Source of the DNA: Octopus sinensis
Lineage: Eukaryota
Assembly: GCF_006345805.1 (NCBI RefSeq)
Contig: NC_042999.1
Coordinates: 170,686,001-170,750,000, forward strand
DNA: 64,000 nucleotides
Direction of reading: 5' to 3'
The notes under the pieces were generated by a model, which was given only the letters and a program-made list of their open reading frames with translations, was not told the DNA's origin and ran no database searches. Within the stretch, counting starts at the first letter, position 1. Every line of letters starts with the position of its first letter. This document shows positions 42,048 to 56,518 of the stretch, one piece after another. Made by a program: the position numbers and the translations under genes.

Positions 42048-42169
42048 CTCTCTCTCTCTCTGCACACACTAACAAAACAACTTCTCATACACACTACACT
42101 TTCTGTGTTGCACACCCCATGTGTGTGTGTGCGTGTAGTAAGTATGAGAAGTTGTTTTGTTAGTGTGTG

Positions 42170-42190
<21 letters not shown>
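42048..42190. repeat. Inverted repeat with (CT)n/(GA)n outer arms
   Basis: cacacactaacaaaacaacttctcatac / gtatgagaagttgttttgttagtgtgtg. Confidence 0.9.
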
Positions 42191-42227
<37 letters not shown>

Positions 42228-42414
42228 TTTTTCAAACGTATATCAATGTTACATTTATCATATCTTACATATATTGAGCACATATTAGTTTATGAACCTT
42301 GCAGCAACATTTTATTTACTAATTGACATTATTATTTTTATTATATATATCACTTATACTTCCTGTATACCATGACAATATTCATTATATATATCATTAT
42401 ATTTCCTAGATGCA

Positions 42415-42630
42415 AGGCAGTGAGCAGGCAGATTTGTAAGCATCCTAGACGCAATGTTTAACGGTATTTCGTTTGATTTTAGATTCTGAGTCCAAATTGC
42501 GCTGAGGACGATTTGTATTTTATCATTTCGGGATCAATGAAATTAGTACCTGTTCAGCACTGGGAAAACTGTAATCGGTTTTCCGCCTTCCTCTAAAATT
42601 GTTGGTCTTGTGCCAAAATTTGAAACCATC
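42415..42630 (+). mobile_element. SINE family C, diverged
   Basis: ggcagtgagcaggcagatt..ttctgagtccaaatt..gtgccaaaatttgaaacc. Confidence 0.7.
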
Positions 42631-43788
42631 ATATGAACTAGATGCTATAATTGTTTCTTTAATATGTTTAACCGACAACACGGATTTATTTACCATATGT
42701 CACGGGCAAATTTATCATAGTAGAGCTAAGTAAATAACTGACATCAGGACCACTGGAATTTTTTGGATATATATTATTTCTAAAGCATACACACACGCAT
42801 ACATACACATATTCAGACATATTCACACACGCGAACACATATATAAATGAAAATTTTAACTCGTTAGCATTACGTAAATTCCTAATTGTGATTGATATTA
42901 TATTGTCGTTGTGAGGCACTTGATTATATTGGTTATCAGTGCGTATGACTGCGTACATAGATACACGCACACCACACACATATACAGGGAGAAGGAGAGA
43001 GAGAGTGTGTGTGTGTGTGGGAAAGGAGAGAAAAGTGAGAGGCAGAAAAACTTATACTTTATTGAAATTGGATTTTATCTCCCGACGAGAGTTTCTAAGT
43101 TTCGACAAACCGCATATTCTGCAACATCTATTGAACAACCTTCTTTCATTCATTCGGCTCAATTCACTGTCCATGTGTAAATACATAGATAGAGAGATAG
43201 ATTGATAGAGAGATAGATAAATAGATAGAATCATACATAATACAGAGGCACAAACACAGACACACAGATATACCGACACACATAGACACACACTTACACA
43301 TACACACACACTTACACATACACACACATACACAGGAATAGAGAATGATAGAAATATGAAATGGTTGTGTGTGGAAGAATGATAGAAATAAAAAATGGTC
43401 GTGTGTGGGAGATACAATGCTGTATAGAAATAGAGTACAAAAAATGTACGTGGATAACATATATGTTATTTGATATATAATATGGCATGAGCCTATATTT
43501 AAACAAATTACAATATTTTTCGATCGTATATTATACAGACTGTTCTCTTGCGAACTTCCAATTTTAAAAACATGTTTTAATCAGAATACAGATACTAAGG
43601 AAAGACACGAAAAAGAAATCGTGATATTTATCAATGAATTTATTACTAAAAAATTTTATTTTAAAAGTTTTACAATCCTCATTGTGTTGCTACTGTTGTA
43701 CATCATACTCTGCTATATCAGTCTTATGACGTAGATACTTCAGCCATGACCTCTCCTACTTTGCTTCTGATATATTATACTGAACTGT

Positions 43789-44160
43789 GGTGGCACAATG
43801 GCCCAGTGGTTAGGGCAGTGGACTCGTGGTCGTAGGATTGCGGTTTCGATTTCAAGACCGGGTATTGTGAGTGTTTATTGAGCGAAAACACCCAAAGCTC
43901 CCCGAGGCTCCAGCAGGTGGTGCTGACGAACCCTGCTGTACTCTTTCTCCATAACTTTTTCTCACTCTTTCTTCCTGTTTCTGTTGTACCTGTATTTCAA
44001 AGGGCCAGCCTTGTCACACTCCATGTCACGCTAAATCTCCCTGAGAATTAGGTTAAGGGTACACGTGTCTGTAGAGTGCTCAGCCACTTGGACGTTAATT
44101 TCACGAACAGGCTGTTCCATTGATTGGATCAACTGGAGCCCTTGTCGCAACCGACGGAGT
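43789..44160 (+). mobile_element. SINE family B, full length
   Basis: ggtggcacaatggcccagtggttagggc (A box)...ggtttcgatttc (B box). Confidence 0.88.
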
Positions 44161-44690
44161 ACAACTATTATACAGAACTACAATAACTAATAAGTCCTTC
44201 TTTTTCAAAACAATCGGTATAATTGTAATGGAGTTCAGCTTCTGTTTCCAGCATTAGAATGGGCATTTAGATATTCCTGTATTTGGGGCGTAACTGTCAT
44301 TGAGTAATATATTTTTCTCCGTAGAAATTTGTTTGGAGAACAAGGCAGTAGATATTCTAGAAACAAACCAGCAGAAAGAGGCAACCAAACTATACAACAA
44401 TATAAAAAAATGCCATTAAGATATTTTGTATTTCATTGTTGTTGCTCAGCTTTAGGGTAAAAATTAGTGGTTTAGAGAGGATTATGATAGAGAAGTTTCA
44501 CATCATAATCATACTTTTTTGTTTTAAGGAAATTTTCTGAAATTTTGATTTAAGTGGCATCTGTACTATATCGGGCGATTTCCTGGTGGTGTTCTTGTTG
44601 GCTCATTAACTATTTAGTTATGTTCTATTATAGTCAGTGTTAGAACTCTCAGTTTTCAGTAATATCTTTTGTGTGTCTGTGTGTGTATAT

Positions 44691-45039
44691 TCTTTTACTC
44701 TTTTACTTGTTTCAGTCATTTAACTGTGGCCATGCTGAAGCACCGCCTTTAGTCGAGCAAATCGGCCCCAGGACTTATTCTTTGTAAGTCCAGTACTTTT
44801 TCTATCGGTCCCTTTTGCCGAACCGCTAGGTTACGGGGAAGTAAACATACCAGCATCGGTTGCCAAGCGACGTTGGTGGGGGACAAACACAGACACACAA
44901 AAATACACGCATACACACACAGACACAGACACAGACACATATACATATATACGACGAGCCCACTCACAAGGCTTTGGTCGGCCCGAGGCTATAGTAGAAG
45001 ACACTTGCCGAAGGTGCCACGCAGTGGGACTGAACCCCG

Positions 45040-45070
<31 letters not shown>

Positions 45071-45206
45071 GGCAGGCGTAGGAGTGGCTGTGTTGTAAGT
45101 AGCTTGCTTACCAACCACATGGTTGCAGGGTTCACATGTTTGTGTGTCTGCGTTTGTCCCCCCATCATCACTTGACAACCGATGCTGGCATGTTTACGTC
45201 CCCCGT

Positions 45207-45209
<3 letters not shown>
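44691..45209. mobile_element. Head-to-head SINE family A pieces around a (TA)n tract
   Basis: 44691-45042 minus (lacks the A-box head); 45074-45209 plus (head, then an internal deletion). Confidence 0.85.
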
Positions 45210-45862
<653 letters not shown>

Positions 45863-46528
45863 ATATACATATATATATATGTATGTATGTATGTATGTAT
45901 GCATGTATGTATGTAACAGTAATATTCTAGGAATCTATTCAGTCGACGATAAATTTCTTTAGAATGAATTTCTTCTATAATATTGACTACTTACATTTGT
46001 GCCAGAGTAAGTATTCAATATTATAGAAAAACTATGCTACCTAGGTTTCTAAACATACAAATATAATTGAAAAAGACATTAATGTATAAATGACGGCGAT
46101 GGTTTTCTTTCAATTATACTGCATTCCCAGTAGAGTGTTTATTTAGAAATTTAATAACCAGCCTGTGTACAATTACGTATTGCCCTATCGTTATTTATAG
46201 CGGATAACAGCAACTTTTACTCGTATGTTCTCTATTCTAATTTCTTCTCTATCGAATTTTAAGAATTAATGTTTTAACTAGTAGTGTCTTAAAGTATCTT
46301 CAGTTAAAGACAATATACAAAACAATTTACCTTACATAAGATGCAGACTATAGCACATTTCAAATTAGTTTTACTAGCACGTGTTGTCTCATGTTTATCT
46401 ATCGAAAACCTACGCCACCCCCTTTTTTTTGTTTCTTTTGTTTTTTGTTTTTTTCATCCCCCAAAAGAAAAGCTCTACCTTGTAACTTGTCCCATCTGTG
46501 TGCAGCTCTGTGTGGCCAATAAAGAAAC

Positions 46529-46610
<82 letters not shown>

Positions 46611-46782
46611 GTCTGTCTGTCTGTCTGTCTTCTGTCTGTATGTATGTCTGTCTATCTATCTATCTATCTATCTAACTACCTATGTATCTGTCTGTCTGTC
46701 TGCTTAACTTGATATACATGCATGTATATACATGGGCAAACACACATGCATAGGTGTGTGACAACACTCACCTGCTATTCGT

Positions 46783-47056
46783 TGCAAATTTTGGCACAAG
46801 ACCAGCAAGTCAGATGAAGGAGATAAGGTGATTACACCGACCCCAGTGCTCAACTGGTATTTATCCGAAAGGATGAAAGGCAAAGCTAACCCCGACGAAA
46901 TTTGAACTAAGAACGTAAAATCGAACGAAATGCTTGTAAGCATTTTGTCCGGCGCGGTAACGATTCTGCCAACTCACCGTCTTACATACACATGAAATAT
47001 TGCCAGCACCGTAACGATTCTGCCAGCTCATCGCCTTACATACACATAGAATATTG
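46783..47056 (-). mobile_element. SINE family C with duplicated head
   Basis: Matches the reverse complement of 40114-40310. gtaacgattctgcca.ctca.cg.cttacatacacat is repeated at ~46957 and ~47011. Confidence 0.8.
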
Positions 47057-47109
47057 GTTTCAAATTTTAGGCATAAGGCCTGAAATCTTTGTGGATGCTT
47101 AAGTTAATT

Positions 47110-47400
47110 ACAAATACCTATAAGTGAAGCTGCTGGAGAATGTGGTCAATCCCTGGTTGGAGAGAGTTATTGATGGAACGCCGTGTGTGTGTGTGACAAG
47201 AGGATTCTAGAAAGAGTCAAAATTGCAGAATTTCCACACCTTCACAGGCCCAGTTTCTGGCCTCCTAACTCATTCGATTGTAATCCCATGTATTACAATG
47301 TATGACGGACGGTTGAGAAAGATACCAATTCCTCTACCTGCAACTCTACGACCGGTCTGGAGGCCAAGATCAAGAAGGTGTGCGGAGATCTTCCTAGAGG
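47110..47400 (+). pseudogene. maT/DD37D-like Tc1/mariner transposase remnant
   Basis: KLLENVVNPWLERVIDGTPCV..QEDS and FWPPNSFDCNPMYYNV*RTVEKDTN (cf. WPPNSPDLNPLDYYVW..VE). Confidence 0.75.
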
Positions 47401-48930
47401 TAAGAGGGACTAATTTGAGCAGATATGGAAGCAATTATGCAGATAAACAAATTAGATATATTAGATATGACAGTCTGGGCATGAAATCCAAGATATGTAT
47501 ATATATATGTATACATGCAAATCAAGAGAAAGCAAAAAGTGGAAACATTCAGACGATGAATATCTAAGCATAAATACATAGATATTTATATTAATAGATC
47601 CAACTTAGACAGGGCGCATACGACAGGGAAAATTGAAGAGAAGGAAGAAAGGAGTCATAAGTCCAACCGCTGTTCTTGGGGGCTCGGAGGTCCATCATAA
47701 TGTTGGTAGATGTAGTTCATCACAGGAGGGGGCCGTAATGAAGCTACTTTATATTCGTCATCGTTCTACAATTGTGGCTTGTTATCTATAGTTCTTCAAT
47801 CTATTGATTTTCTGCACACACACACACACACACACACACATACATATTGATCTGAATGTATAGACATCTAACCTTCTTTCAATATATGTATGTGTGTGTG
47901 TGTGCGCGCGTGTGCATGTATATGTACATGAACTTATGTGCATATATATGGTTGTATCTATGGGCGTGCATCTGTATGTATGTATTTTTATATGCTTTTC
48001 TGTGTTTGTTGCTTTAAAATAAGATGCTAAGACTCTTTCAGAAGTTTTTATTGCATGTTATTATTGCTTGTGAATGTTAATTTATTAAATTCGTGGTATC
48101 TGGTATAATTTTCTCGTGTTTAATATTGTGTTGACGGAATTATTTCCTCCATGTTACTCTTTGTAGGTTTTTCAGTGCATTGAAAAGTTGCAACACACAT
48201 ATATATATATATCATTTATTCTTTACTTGTAGAGAATAAATGTTTGACCTTCTGGGGTGTAATCGGGTCAATCAATCTTTGATTGTCACCGTTGATCAAA
48301 GAACAGCAGCAAAATAATATTTATGCTAGATAATTAAATATAGATTTAGTTTTATGGAAGTTTTTATAATTTCCCTTTACGTAAATATAATTAAATTGCT
48401 GAAAATGTAGTGGTGACTGTAAAGTGAGTATAAATATTCCTGATTATAAAAGCGGGAGAGAGAGACAGAGACAGAGAAATAAAGTATATGTTTTACTGAA
48501 TTAATTCCCAACATTAGCTGAAAGTCACAAATTCACATTAAGCGGTTTGTCTATTCAACTGACCTCAGAGATTGACCATTGAAAACCCTAGAAATAAAAG
48601 GCAAAAAGAAAAGGAAAGAAAAGTGGAGAAAAAAATGAGTTCGAAGAGGAATTCAGCAACGAACATTAAGGACCATAAACTTCTACTGCAAAACCTTAGA
48701 GATTAGCGATTCAGTTTTCAATCGATAATTAACCACGGTATGTTTTCTCTCTCTGAATGTAATAACACACCTGCACGCACGCACACACACGCATACACGC
48801 ACACACACACGCACGCACATACATACACGCTCACAGACACACACGAACGCACCCACGTAGACACACACACATAAACACACACATACACACACACGCACGC
48901 ACGCTCTCTCTCTATCCACTCTCTCCCTTT

Positions 48931-48968
<38 letters not shown>

Positions 48969-49129
48969 AGTAGGTAGATAGATAGGGTTGGAAAAAAGAC
49001 TGAATCTCTCAGAATTTGACTGGCACTGACTTTCTCAACCCTAGACGGTTGAAAGGCAAAGTCATCTACAACATAAATTAAAGTCAAACCGTAAAAAGAC
49101 AACCAAATACTGCAAATAATTCTACTGAT

Positions 49130-50600
49130 TATACCGTGAAATGGTAGCGTAATAAACAAAATATACAAAGATCAAACTCTGAGTGTCTTAATAGGCGACT
49201 ACAAGAAGCTGAGGTAGGATTTGCACTCCGATCTCGATAAAAACCCTCACCAGCAAAGGTTACCCAAATAGTTCTCTTCTCTGGAGTGGTTTCTCGACTC
49301 CTATAGGGCACATTGCAAAAAGTAGTTGAAGCAAAGCTGTGAGGACGTCCATCCACCAAATGTTAGAAGAACGGCTGGATTAGTGGGGTATCACTTGAGT
49401 GGGGTGAGGGCATCATCCACCAGGAATGGGAAATCTCTGTTCAATCTGAGGAGGCCTATTCAGAAAGGGTCCTGGAATGTTCTCTCTTAGAGGGTTGACT
49501 CTGTTTTGCATCTGCTGTCTTGGGAACCTATCCGGTTGCGAATCGCAGTGGCGGTCCAATCAGAGGTGCGTCGGCAAGAGACGGGTGAAATCTCAACCAG
49601 TGGTTGCACGTATTAATTTTTTGGGGTGCTCTGATGGCTGGCTTGTCGATGCATTAGCAGCTGCCGTGGCCAATGGGCTGGTTCCAATGATATGAGATGC
49701 AACACTTATAAACTAGCGTTTTACGCGGCTGCGGATACGATACTCTCTAGTTGTCATTTCCTTGGTTACAGTATAAACTGTTGTGAGTGACAGGTGGGCG
49801 TTTGACATATTACGTCCAGCTGTGTTCTGTCATGAGGAGCATCTCCAACATTGGCGCACCCTTGGTCATGGCACATTCTTGATGCGTCTACTAGGGTTAA
49901 GAGCGTTGTTAGCTCTTTTGGGTCCGCTACTAGCAGGGAAAGTGGCATGATGTTCCTGGACTTCGCCGAAAACCATAAATTTCGTATTACTGACTCCTTG
50001 TAACAGTATTCCAATACTGGTCGCGTAGCAAAAGGGATCGACGAGATGGCCGTTTGAGGGTTCTACAGAACTACAGGGATTTTTAGAGTGCTAGCTTCAT
50101 AGGCATTGACCATAAGCTTATTCTATCAGAACAGACTGAAGTCTACGAACCCGAAGGCCTCCAGTCCAAGACAGGATGTCGCGCTCTCCTGCTACTAAGT
50201 GAGAAATAGGAACCGCTTGGCCTTAAAGCTTCTTGGGCCAAGACAAAGATCCATTCCTTCGTTGGCTTCCTAGGAGACTCCATCTAATTTGTCTTTGTTG
50301 CGGGTGAGAATTTTGAACTTGTTAACCATTTCATTTATCTCAGCAGCGTGATCCGTAGCAGCATTAGTTGCGGACCCAAAATCTTAAAAAGATCTGAGTG
50401 AGCTGGTGCAATTGCAGACTCACTGGACAAGAGCGTTTGGCGCTGCCGACATATAAGCAGGAGGACAAAAGTTTGGATTTTCAAATCCCTGATCGTACCT
50501 GCCTTGCTCTATAGTTGTCAGACGTGGACATCTTCCGGAGCCTTTAGGGCCCGCCAGAACTCCTTCGATACTTCGATACTAATGGTAGCGTTTCGCAGGA
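49130..50600 (-). pseudogene. Possible Gypsy LTR-retrotransposon gag/protease remnant
   Basis: GC-richer island. ESVIRNLWFSAKSRNIM..LTTLLTLVD resembles gag LR.LWL.RLP..L..LA..AD, with an upstream KRPS and a downstream FLVDDA (cf. FLVDTGA). No LTRs found. Confidence 0.4.
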
Positions 50601-51949
50601 TTATAAGTTACTATTAATAGGATTTTGTATTCAACCAACGACTATACTTAGAAACTGTTAATTTGTTAATTGTATGATTCATGTGCATCAGTTTAGACTG
50701 TTTGGTTCTGTTGCTCGATTTTCTGAGACTGATCCTGCTTACCGTGTTCGCTTTCTCTGAGGGAAGGGTGACAGTTCATGTTGGTCGGCTATATACCCCA
50801 CAGTCACGGCGGATGAGGAAGTATTTCACGGAGATGATAATTGACTAGGACACTTCTCGGAGGGTTATGTAGCGCAACTCGAGGAAATACCAACAAATGG
50901 TGGATGCAATGATGCACTGCGATGGGTCATGCTCACTTACTTGACTTGCCCAAATCTCGTTATTTTCACTCCCTTCTGTCAAATTATTTCTTAGTCTATG
51001 TTAAAATAAATCATTGCTACAGAAAAATAAAGACTTAAATTTTCTCTGAGAACGTTGGAAAAGATTGCATCTAGGATAAAGCTTTAGTCTATAGAACATT
51101 TCTTGCAATTAATAATATTTTTTTACACATATATGCACGTATTCAGTCTAATCAGAGAGAGTTCTGTCTTGGTGTCAGTATTATTGATTCCGGTATGATA
51201 ATGGTAAAATAGGCACCAGTGAATACTGAGCAGAAAAATAGTCCACTAATTAAAAAAATTATGCACAATACGCTACTGTTTTTCCACATCAACTGCATTG
51301 CATCCCTAATAATATTGTTGTACTGATTTGGTTAAAATTCTGAATATCTAACAAGGAAAAAATAATGGAAATTAAGGTTATGCAAAATCTAAAAAGAGTT
51401 GCTTTTATAATTCAAGTTGTTTCAATCGAAAATCGACACTAATTTACTGAAGTAACAACTATAGAAGCTAAACCTCTTACACAAGGCATCCTGTTAGAAA
51501 ACGCCCAATGATATTACATCCATTTGAATAAACTTGCATATATTCACATAGTAAACATGTAATTTTACAGAAACTACTGTATGAACCCAAGAATTACAGG
51601 CATTATACTCCATTAGATGTAATATTATTCATGAAATTTTTAAAGAATAATAAAAAGATTAGAGTAAATAGTAATGAATAAAATAATGATATTAATGCCG
51701 GAAGGGACATCGATATCATCATTAGAATAAGCACAAAAATATATTCAATGTTTTGAGCAGTTACATCCACAGAATTACTAATACCTGGATATTTATATCC
51801 TACCAAGCATCACGGAAATAAACATGCAGAGAAAGAGTAAAAGTAAAATTTAAGATACATCATTCGTTATTGAATGCATCAATGAATAGATATAATAGAA
51901 AAATTTAAAAAACCACTATAGAAATAAAATATATAAATAAAGCAAGAAA

Positions 51950-53400
51950 GGCAAGCGCGTGAAATCAGCGCGATTCTGAAGCAATAGATCTTTAATAACC
52001 GTAAAGAATAAAATGTATCAGTGTGTGAATACAAGGATTCTTTGTGGCGAAACAGCTTCATCCTACCCCACAAACAGAAGACATGGGTAGCTCCAATGCA
52101 ACAGGAAATAGAAACTTATGAAGATGTATGTAAAGATAAAGATCAGAGAAGCAAGACAAGAGAAAAGATAAACAATTTTTCCAAGGAGAAATGTAGAAAA
52201 GTGAAGGAACCATCACAGAAGAGTCTATTCATAACAACAAACCCATCACTCGAATAATTGCTAAGAGCCTTACGAATTCAAGACGTATTCAAGATACTAG
52301 AAGCAACGAACATCTGGAGGCGTCAATCGGAAAATCATAAAATCACACACCACAGGTAGAAATATTCTATCGGAACACCTAAAGCACTTACAAAATCATT
52401 TAGCACTATATTGTAAACAAATAATAATATCTGTGTCAAAGGAAACGGAAACCCCTAAAATGTATTACCCCATAATTTAGGCTTATTACATCTTACAAAT
52501 CTCATAACTACAATAAAACCATGGCGTAAAATAAATATATTCAAAAAGATTCAACCACTAAACAAAAACAAGAGTGATGTTAAGTTTCATGGCTCTGTAC
52601 ATCAACTGTTTTTCACCAATAGTAATCGAAGATGAGAAGACGAAATATTCTAAAAGAAGCTTGGACTGACTACCAAAAACCGATGGACTGTGGTACCCAT
52701 CCAGGTATCACGGAAGCCTTTGCTAAGACTGGTGAAACCAATAATAAGCAGGATCGTTAAACATACTTGCTCAGCACATGGCAAACAATTTTGTAGATAC
52801 AGTTGAAGATATACAACTGAAAATGAAAACGCAATCTCAATTGAAAGTGGAAGGGAAATCCCCCACTCCACTTGTGATCAGCCTGGCTTTAGCACTTTTA
52901 AATAACACAAAGGGATGCTTTGGAAAAATACACAAGCATCATAGTTTGAATATCATGAAATTTAATCAAAGGGTATTTGAGAATTGTAAACTAAAAACTC
53001 AAGTACAAGTGATTTTACAGAATGTCATTTTAGAAAGAGTATATATAAATGAAATACTAGATATCATACTTAACTCCAAAATTCGTGGTAAACCCCAAAT
53101 GCAATACTGTGAGAGAAAACACGGCAAGGAAAACATATTCTGTATAATTTTAGACACTCTATATCGTTTAATATACGTTACCATCTCAGAAATACTGTGT
53201 GAAGGTATGGGATAACAGCTTCATACACCAATTATAAATATAATACTATATAAAAAAAAACTCACAAAAAATAGTTATTAATGTAGGACATCCAAAACAG
53301 TTTTTAAAATCACATTCCATGAAGTAATGGATCTCGTAGAATACAACATAGCAAAAAATATAGTGTAATGCAAGAAAATATTTACTATCGAATGATATAT
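51950..53400 (+). pseudogene. R4/Dong-like LINE RT remnant
   Basis: ~52659-52715 translates AWTDYQKPMDCGTHPGITE (cf. AWIDYKKAFDSVPHSWI.E); a downstream PLSEIL..GY-like segment at ~53178-53215. Confidence 0.55.
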
Positions 53401-54445
53401 ACACACAAAAAAAGTTAGAGAGAGCTGTTGTAATTTGTGAGTAGTACAGTTCCTTCTGTAACGAAGAGTAAGCGGGATGAATTTTGTGTGTGTTTAATAT
53501 AAAACTAAAAAGATAGGGGAACTATTTAACTCAAATAATTATTTAAAATACGTTTTTAAGACGTAAAAGAATAAGGCAGGGTTGTGATAACTGTTTGTGT
53601 TTTGTTTTATCGCCTTCGTTTTCACATTTGCTTTGCACATAGAAATGGCAGAGTTATTTTTTAAAATTATTTTTCCGAGAACTGAGATTGATGTATACAA
53701 TCTGTATACTTGGGCTCATGAATAGCTAATTAGAATGCTGAGAGATGAATATGTTTATAGGTCTTCTTTCTTATTTTCGTTCATTTAAAAATAAATTTGT
53801 GTCTATGACAGTTTATTTTCTTCAGTTTTCTGTATGAATTTATCTGACATTTCATTTTAATGTTAGCTACATTTTGTTTAAATTCTGTTGTTTCATAAAA
53901 ATTGTGACATACTTTCAAAAAGGAATAAAGAAAGACAATATAAACATAATAATCTTAGGTTGTGTACATATATGATAAACAGCTGGAAATTTTATTGCAT
54001 ACAGTACACGAATTCCTTAAAGGAATTACTACAAAATCCGGATTAGAAAAAATGCGCTAAGACAAGCATTGATTGAAAAAATAAAATACAAAAACAAAAA
54101 CAAAAATGAAAAAAAGAAACCATGAATGATAAAAAAAATATAGATAAACGAATTAAGCTAAACACAGACGTGTAAATATTTGGGAATTAGAAGTAAAGAA
54201 CTAGTCAATGTACAGTACAAAAATGAGAAGAAAACTTCACAAGAATCGTAGCAGACATATTAGATTAATATTTTAAACAGAACTATGTGCAAAAAATAAC
54301 GTAATAGGTACAAGGCACAAGAGCTTTAGCTGTCATTGTAATATGTTGTAGGCCCGATATTCTAAACGAGAAGGCAAATAAGATTACAAGACTGAAGATA
54401 CAATCGCTTTAATTCTAACTCCTCCAACTCTCCAGCTATATATAC

Positions 54446-55293
54446 ATTGCAAAAAACTGCAATCATCAGATGAAACATAATTTTAAAAGCAAAATAATAG
54501 ACTAATAGCCCAAGAATACAGTAGAGACGTGGCTGAAGTCTGTCGAGGCCAACTATGAGATGGGAGAATGACCAACATAGTTGGCTGTTGAGTTTAGGAA
54601 TATAGTTTTTGAAAGGGTGTATAATGATATCTAAAGTCAGTGACCCGGTTGAGATAAGAGTCTGCTAGACTGGTTTTTTGGGAGGCTGGAGTGGAGTATA
54701 GGTGATATTTTACTATAGTAGGCTTAGAGCAGTGGGTAGCTCGAAGGGGACCTTATACAAGTTAAGGATATAGATTTGTACCCTCCTCCAACTTTCAACC
54801 AATATCCACAGAACACCCCTAAATTATGTGTATCTCCGCCCTCCTCCTTTTGTCCTTTAGCCTTAGCTAGCGAATCCTAAACCCCGACCCTCTGCCTATT
54901 TGGGTTGTATGCATTTATTTTTCTTCATCCTTACTTTTGAATTCTTTATTCTTTCTTTGTCCTTAATTTATATTAGGTCCTCTCCCAGCTGCCCACCGTT
55001 CTTAGCCTGCTATAATAAAATATCACCTACACCCCACCCCAGCCTACCTAAAGACTAATTTAGCAGACTCCTATCTTACCCAGGTCGCTGACCTTACATA
55101 TCATATCACACTCTTTCACAAACTATATTTTTAAACTCAATGGCCAACTGTGTTGGTCATTCTCCCATTTCATAGTTACCTTCGACTGACGTCAGCCACG
55201 TCCCTGCTGTATTTTGTTTATAAAATTACATTTCATCTGATGATTCCTGTTTTTGTAATACAGTAAAGATGAGCAAGAAACTGCTGAAATGAG
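54446..55293. repeat. Large diverged inverted repeat (~300 bp arms, ~190 bp spacer)
   Basis: Arms 54446-54768 and 54960-55259, e.g. gatgggagaatgaccaacatagttggc / gccaactgtgttggtcattctcccat. Confidence 0.92.
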
Positions 55294-55585
55294 CAGAAAA
55301 TTATCCATCATATGTTATTATTCATTCCATTATAATATACCAAGGTGATTTATGACGTGTCTGACACCCTAGAGTATACCAACAACATACAATTAAACAT
55401 AACACGCGCCTTGGACCAGCTTCTAGGCGCTAACTATTCGTAGTGTTGGTTTTCTCTGAGTATACAACCGGAATATCCTATTTGATACTTACCAACCATA
55501 GGCCGGAACCACAGGTTTATCCAACCCTACCAGGGGCATATCTTTTCAAGTACCTGATTCTATCTGAAACCTTATTTTACTACAC

Positions 55586-55648
<63 letters not shown>

Positions 55649-55733
55649 AACACACACACACATACACACACACATACACACACACACACACAGAAGAATA
55701 TATAGGTGTATATATATATATATGAAATATAGG

Positions 55734-55768
<35 letters not shown>

Positions 55769-55858
55769 CAGGAATAATTGAGATTCAGATGAATTAGGTA
55801 CTTAAGTTAAAGCACCACGTCAGTCCGGTATTATCCGCACAGCTCGAAGTAAGGTGAA

Positions 55859-56148
55859 TAAAATCAAAAGAAGCAAGAGGATATCAAGAAGTGATGCAGT
55901 ACGACCGTTTCAAGCGACTCCATCTAATTGAACAATGTAATCATTACATCAATTTAAATGCAGGGCTATCATCAGCTTCACAAATAAATAAAATCTTAAT
56001 CAGTCTGATTAAAATTCTACTTACTTGTGCAACTGATGATAGCCCTGCATTTAACTTGATGTAATGATTACATTGTTCACTTAAATGGAGTCGCTTCAAA
56101 CGGTCGTACTGCATCACCTCTTGATATCCTGTTGTTTATTTTGATTAT
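55859..56148. mobile_element. Palindromic element carrying an HHR in each arm (family H4)
   Basis: Palindrome centred ~56004. Minus-strand HHR 55894-55981 (CTGATGA..GAAA-CGGTCG-T-A); plus-strand HHR 56027-56114 with G12C (CAAA). Confidence 0.8.
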
Positions 56149-56157
56149 ATATATGTG

Positions 56158-56192
<35 letters not shown>

Positions 56193-56518
56193 GTATGTGT
56201 GTGTATAATAATAAAAGGGTAAAATTTATCAAATAAATTAATAATTAATAATTCAGTCAATTAATTAATAATTTCACCAAGTAGATCGGTACGTTAAAAT
56301 AACCTTTATAGGTAAAATTATACAAATATTTTATAATTATAAACATAATTATAATTAGGGTTCAGCTAATTGATTTACCACATATCGAATTTAGATATAG
56401 GAGTTAAAATTCCTTTTCTTTTCTACTACTATAAGAATCTCCATGATGGTGACATATTTACGGAGGCAAGAGAAAAACAATGAATCAACACGACCACGAT
56501 TAACTATATAACGTTATT

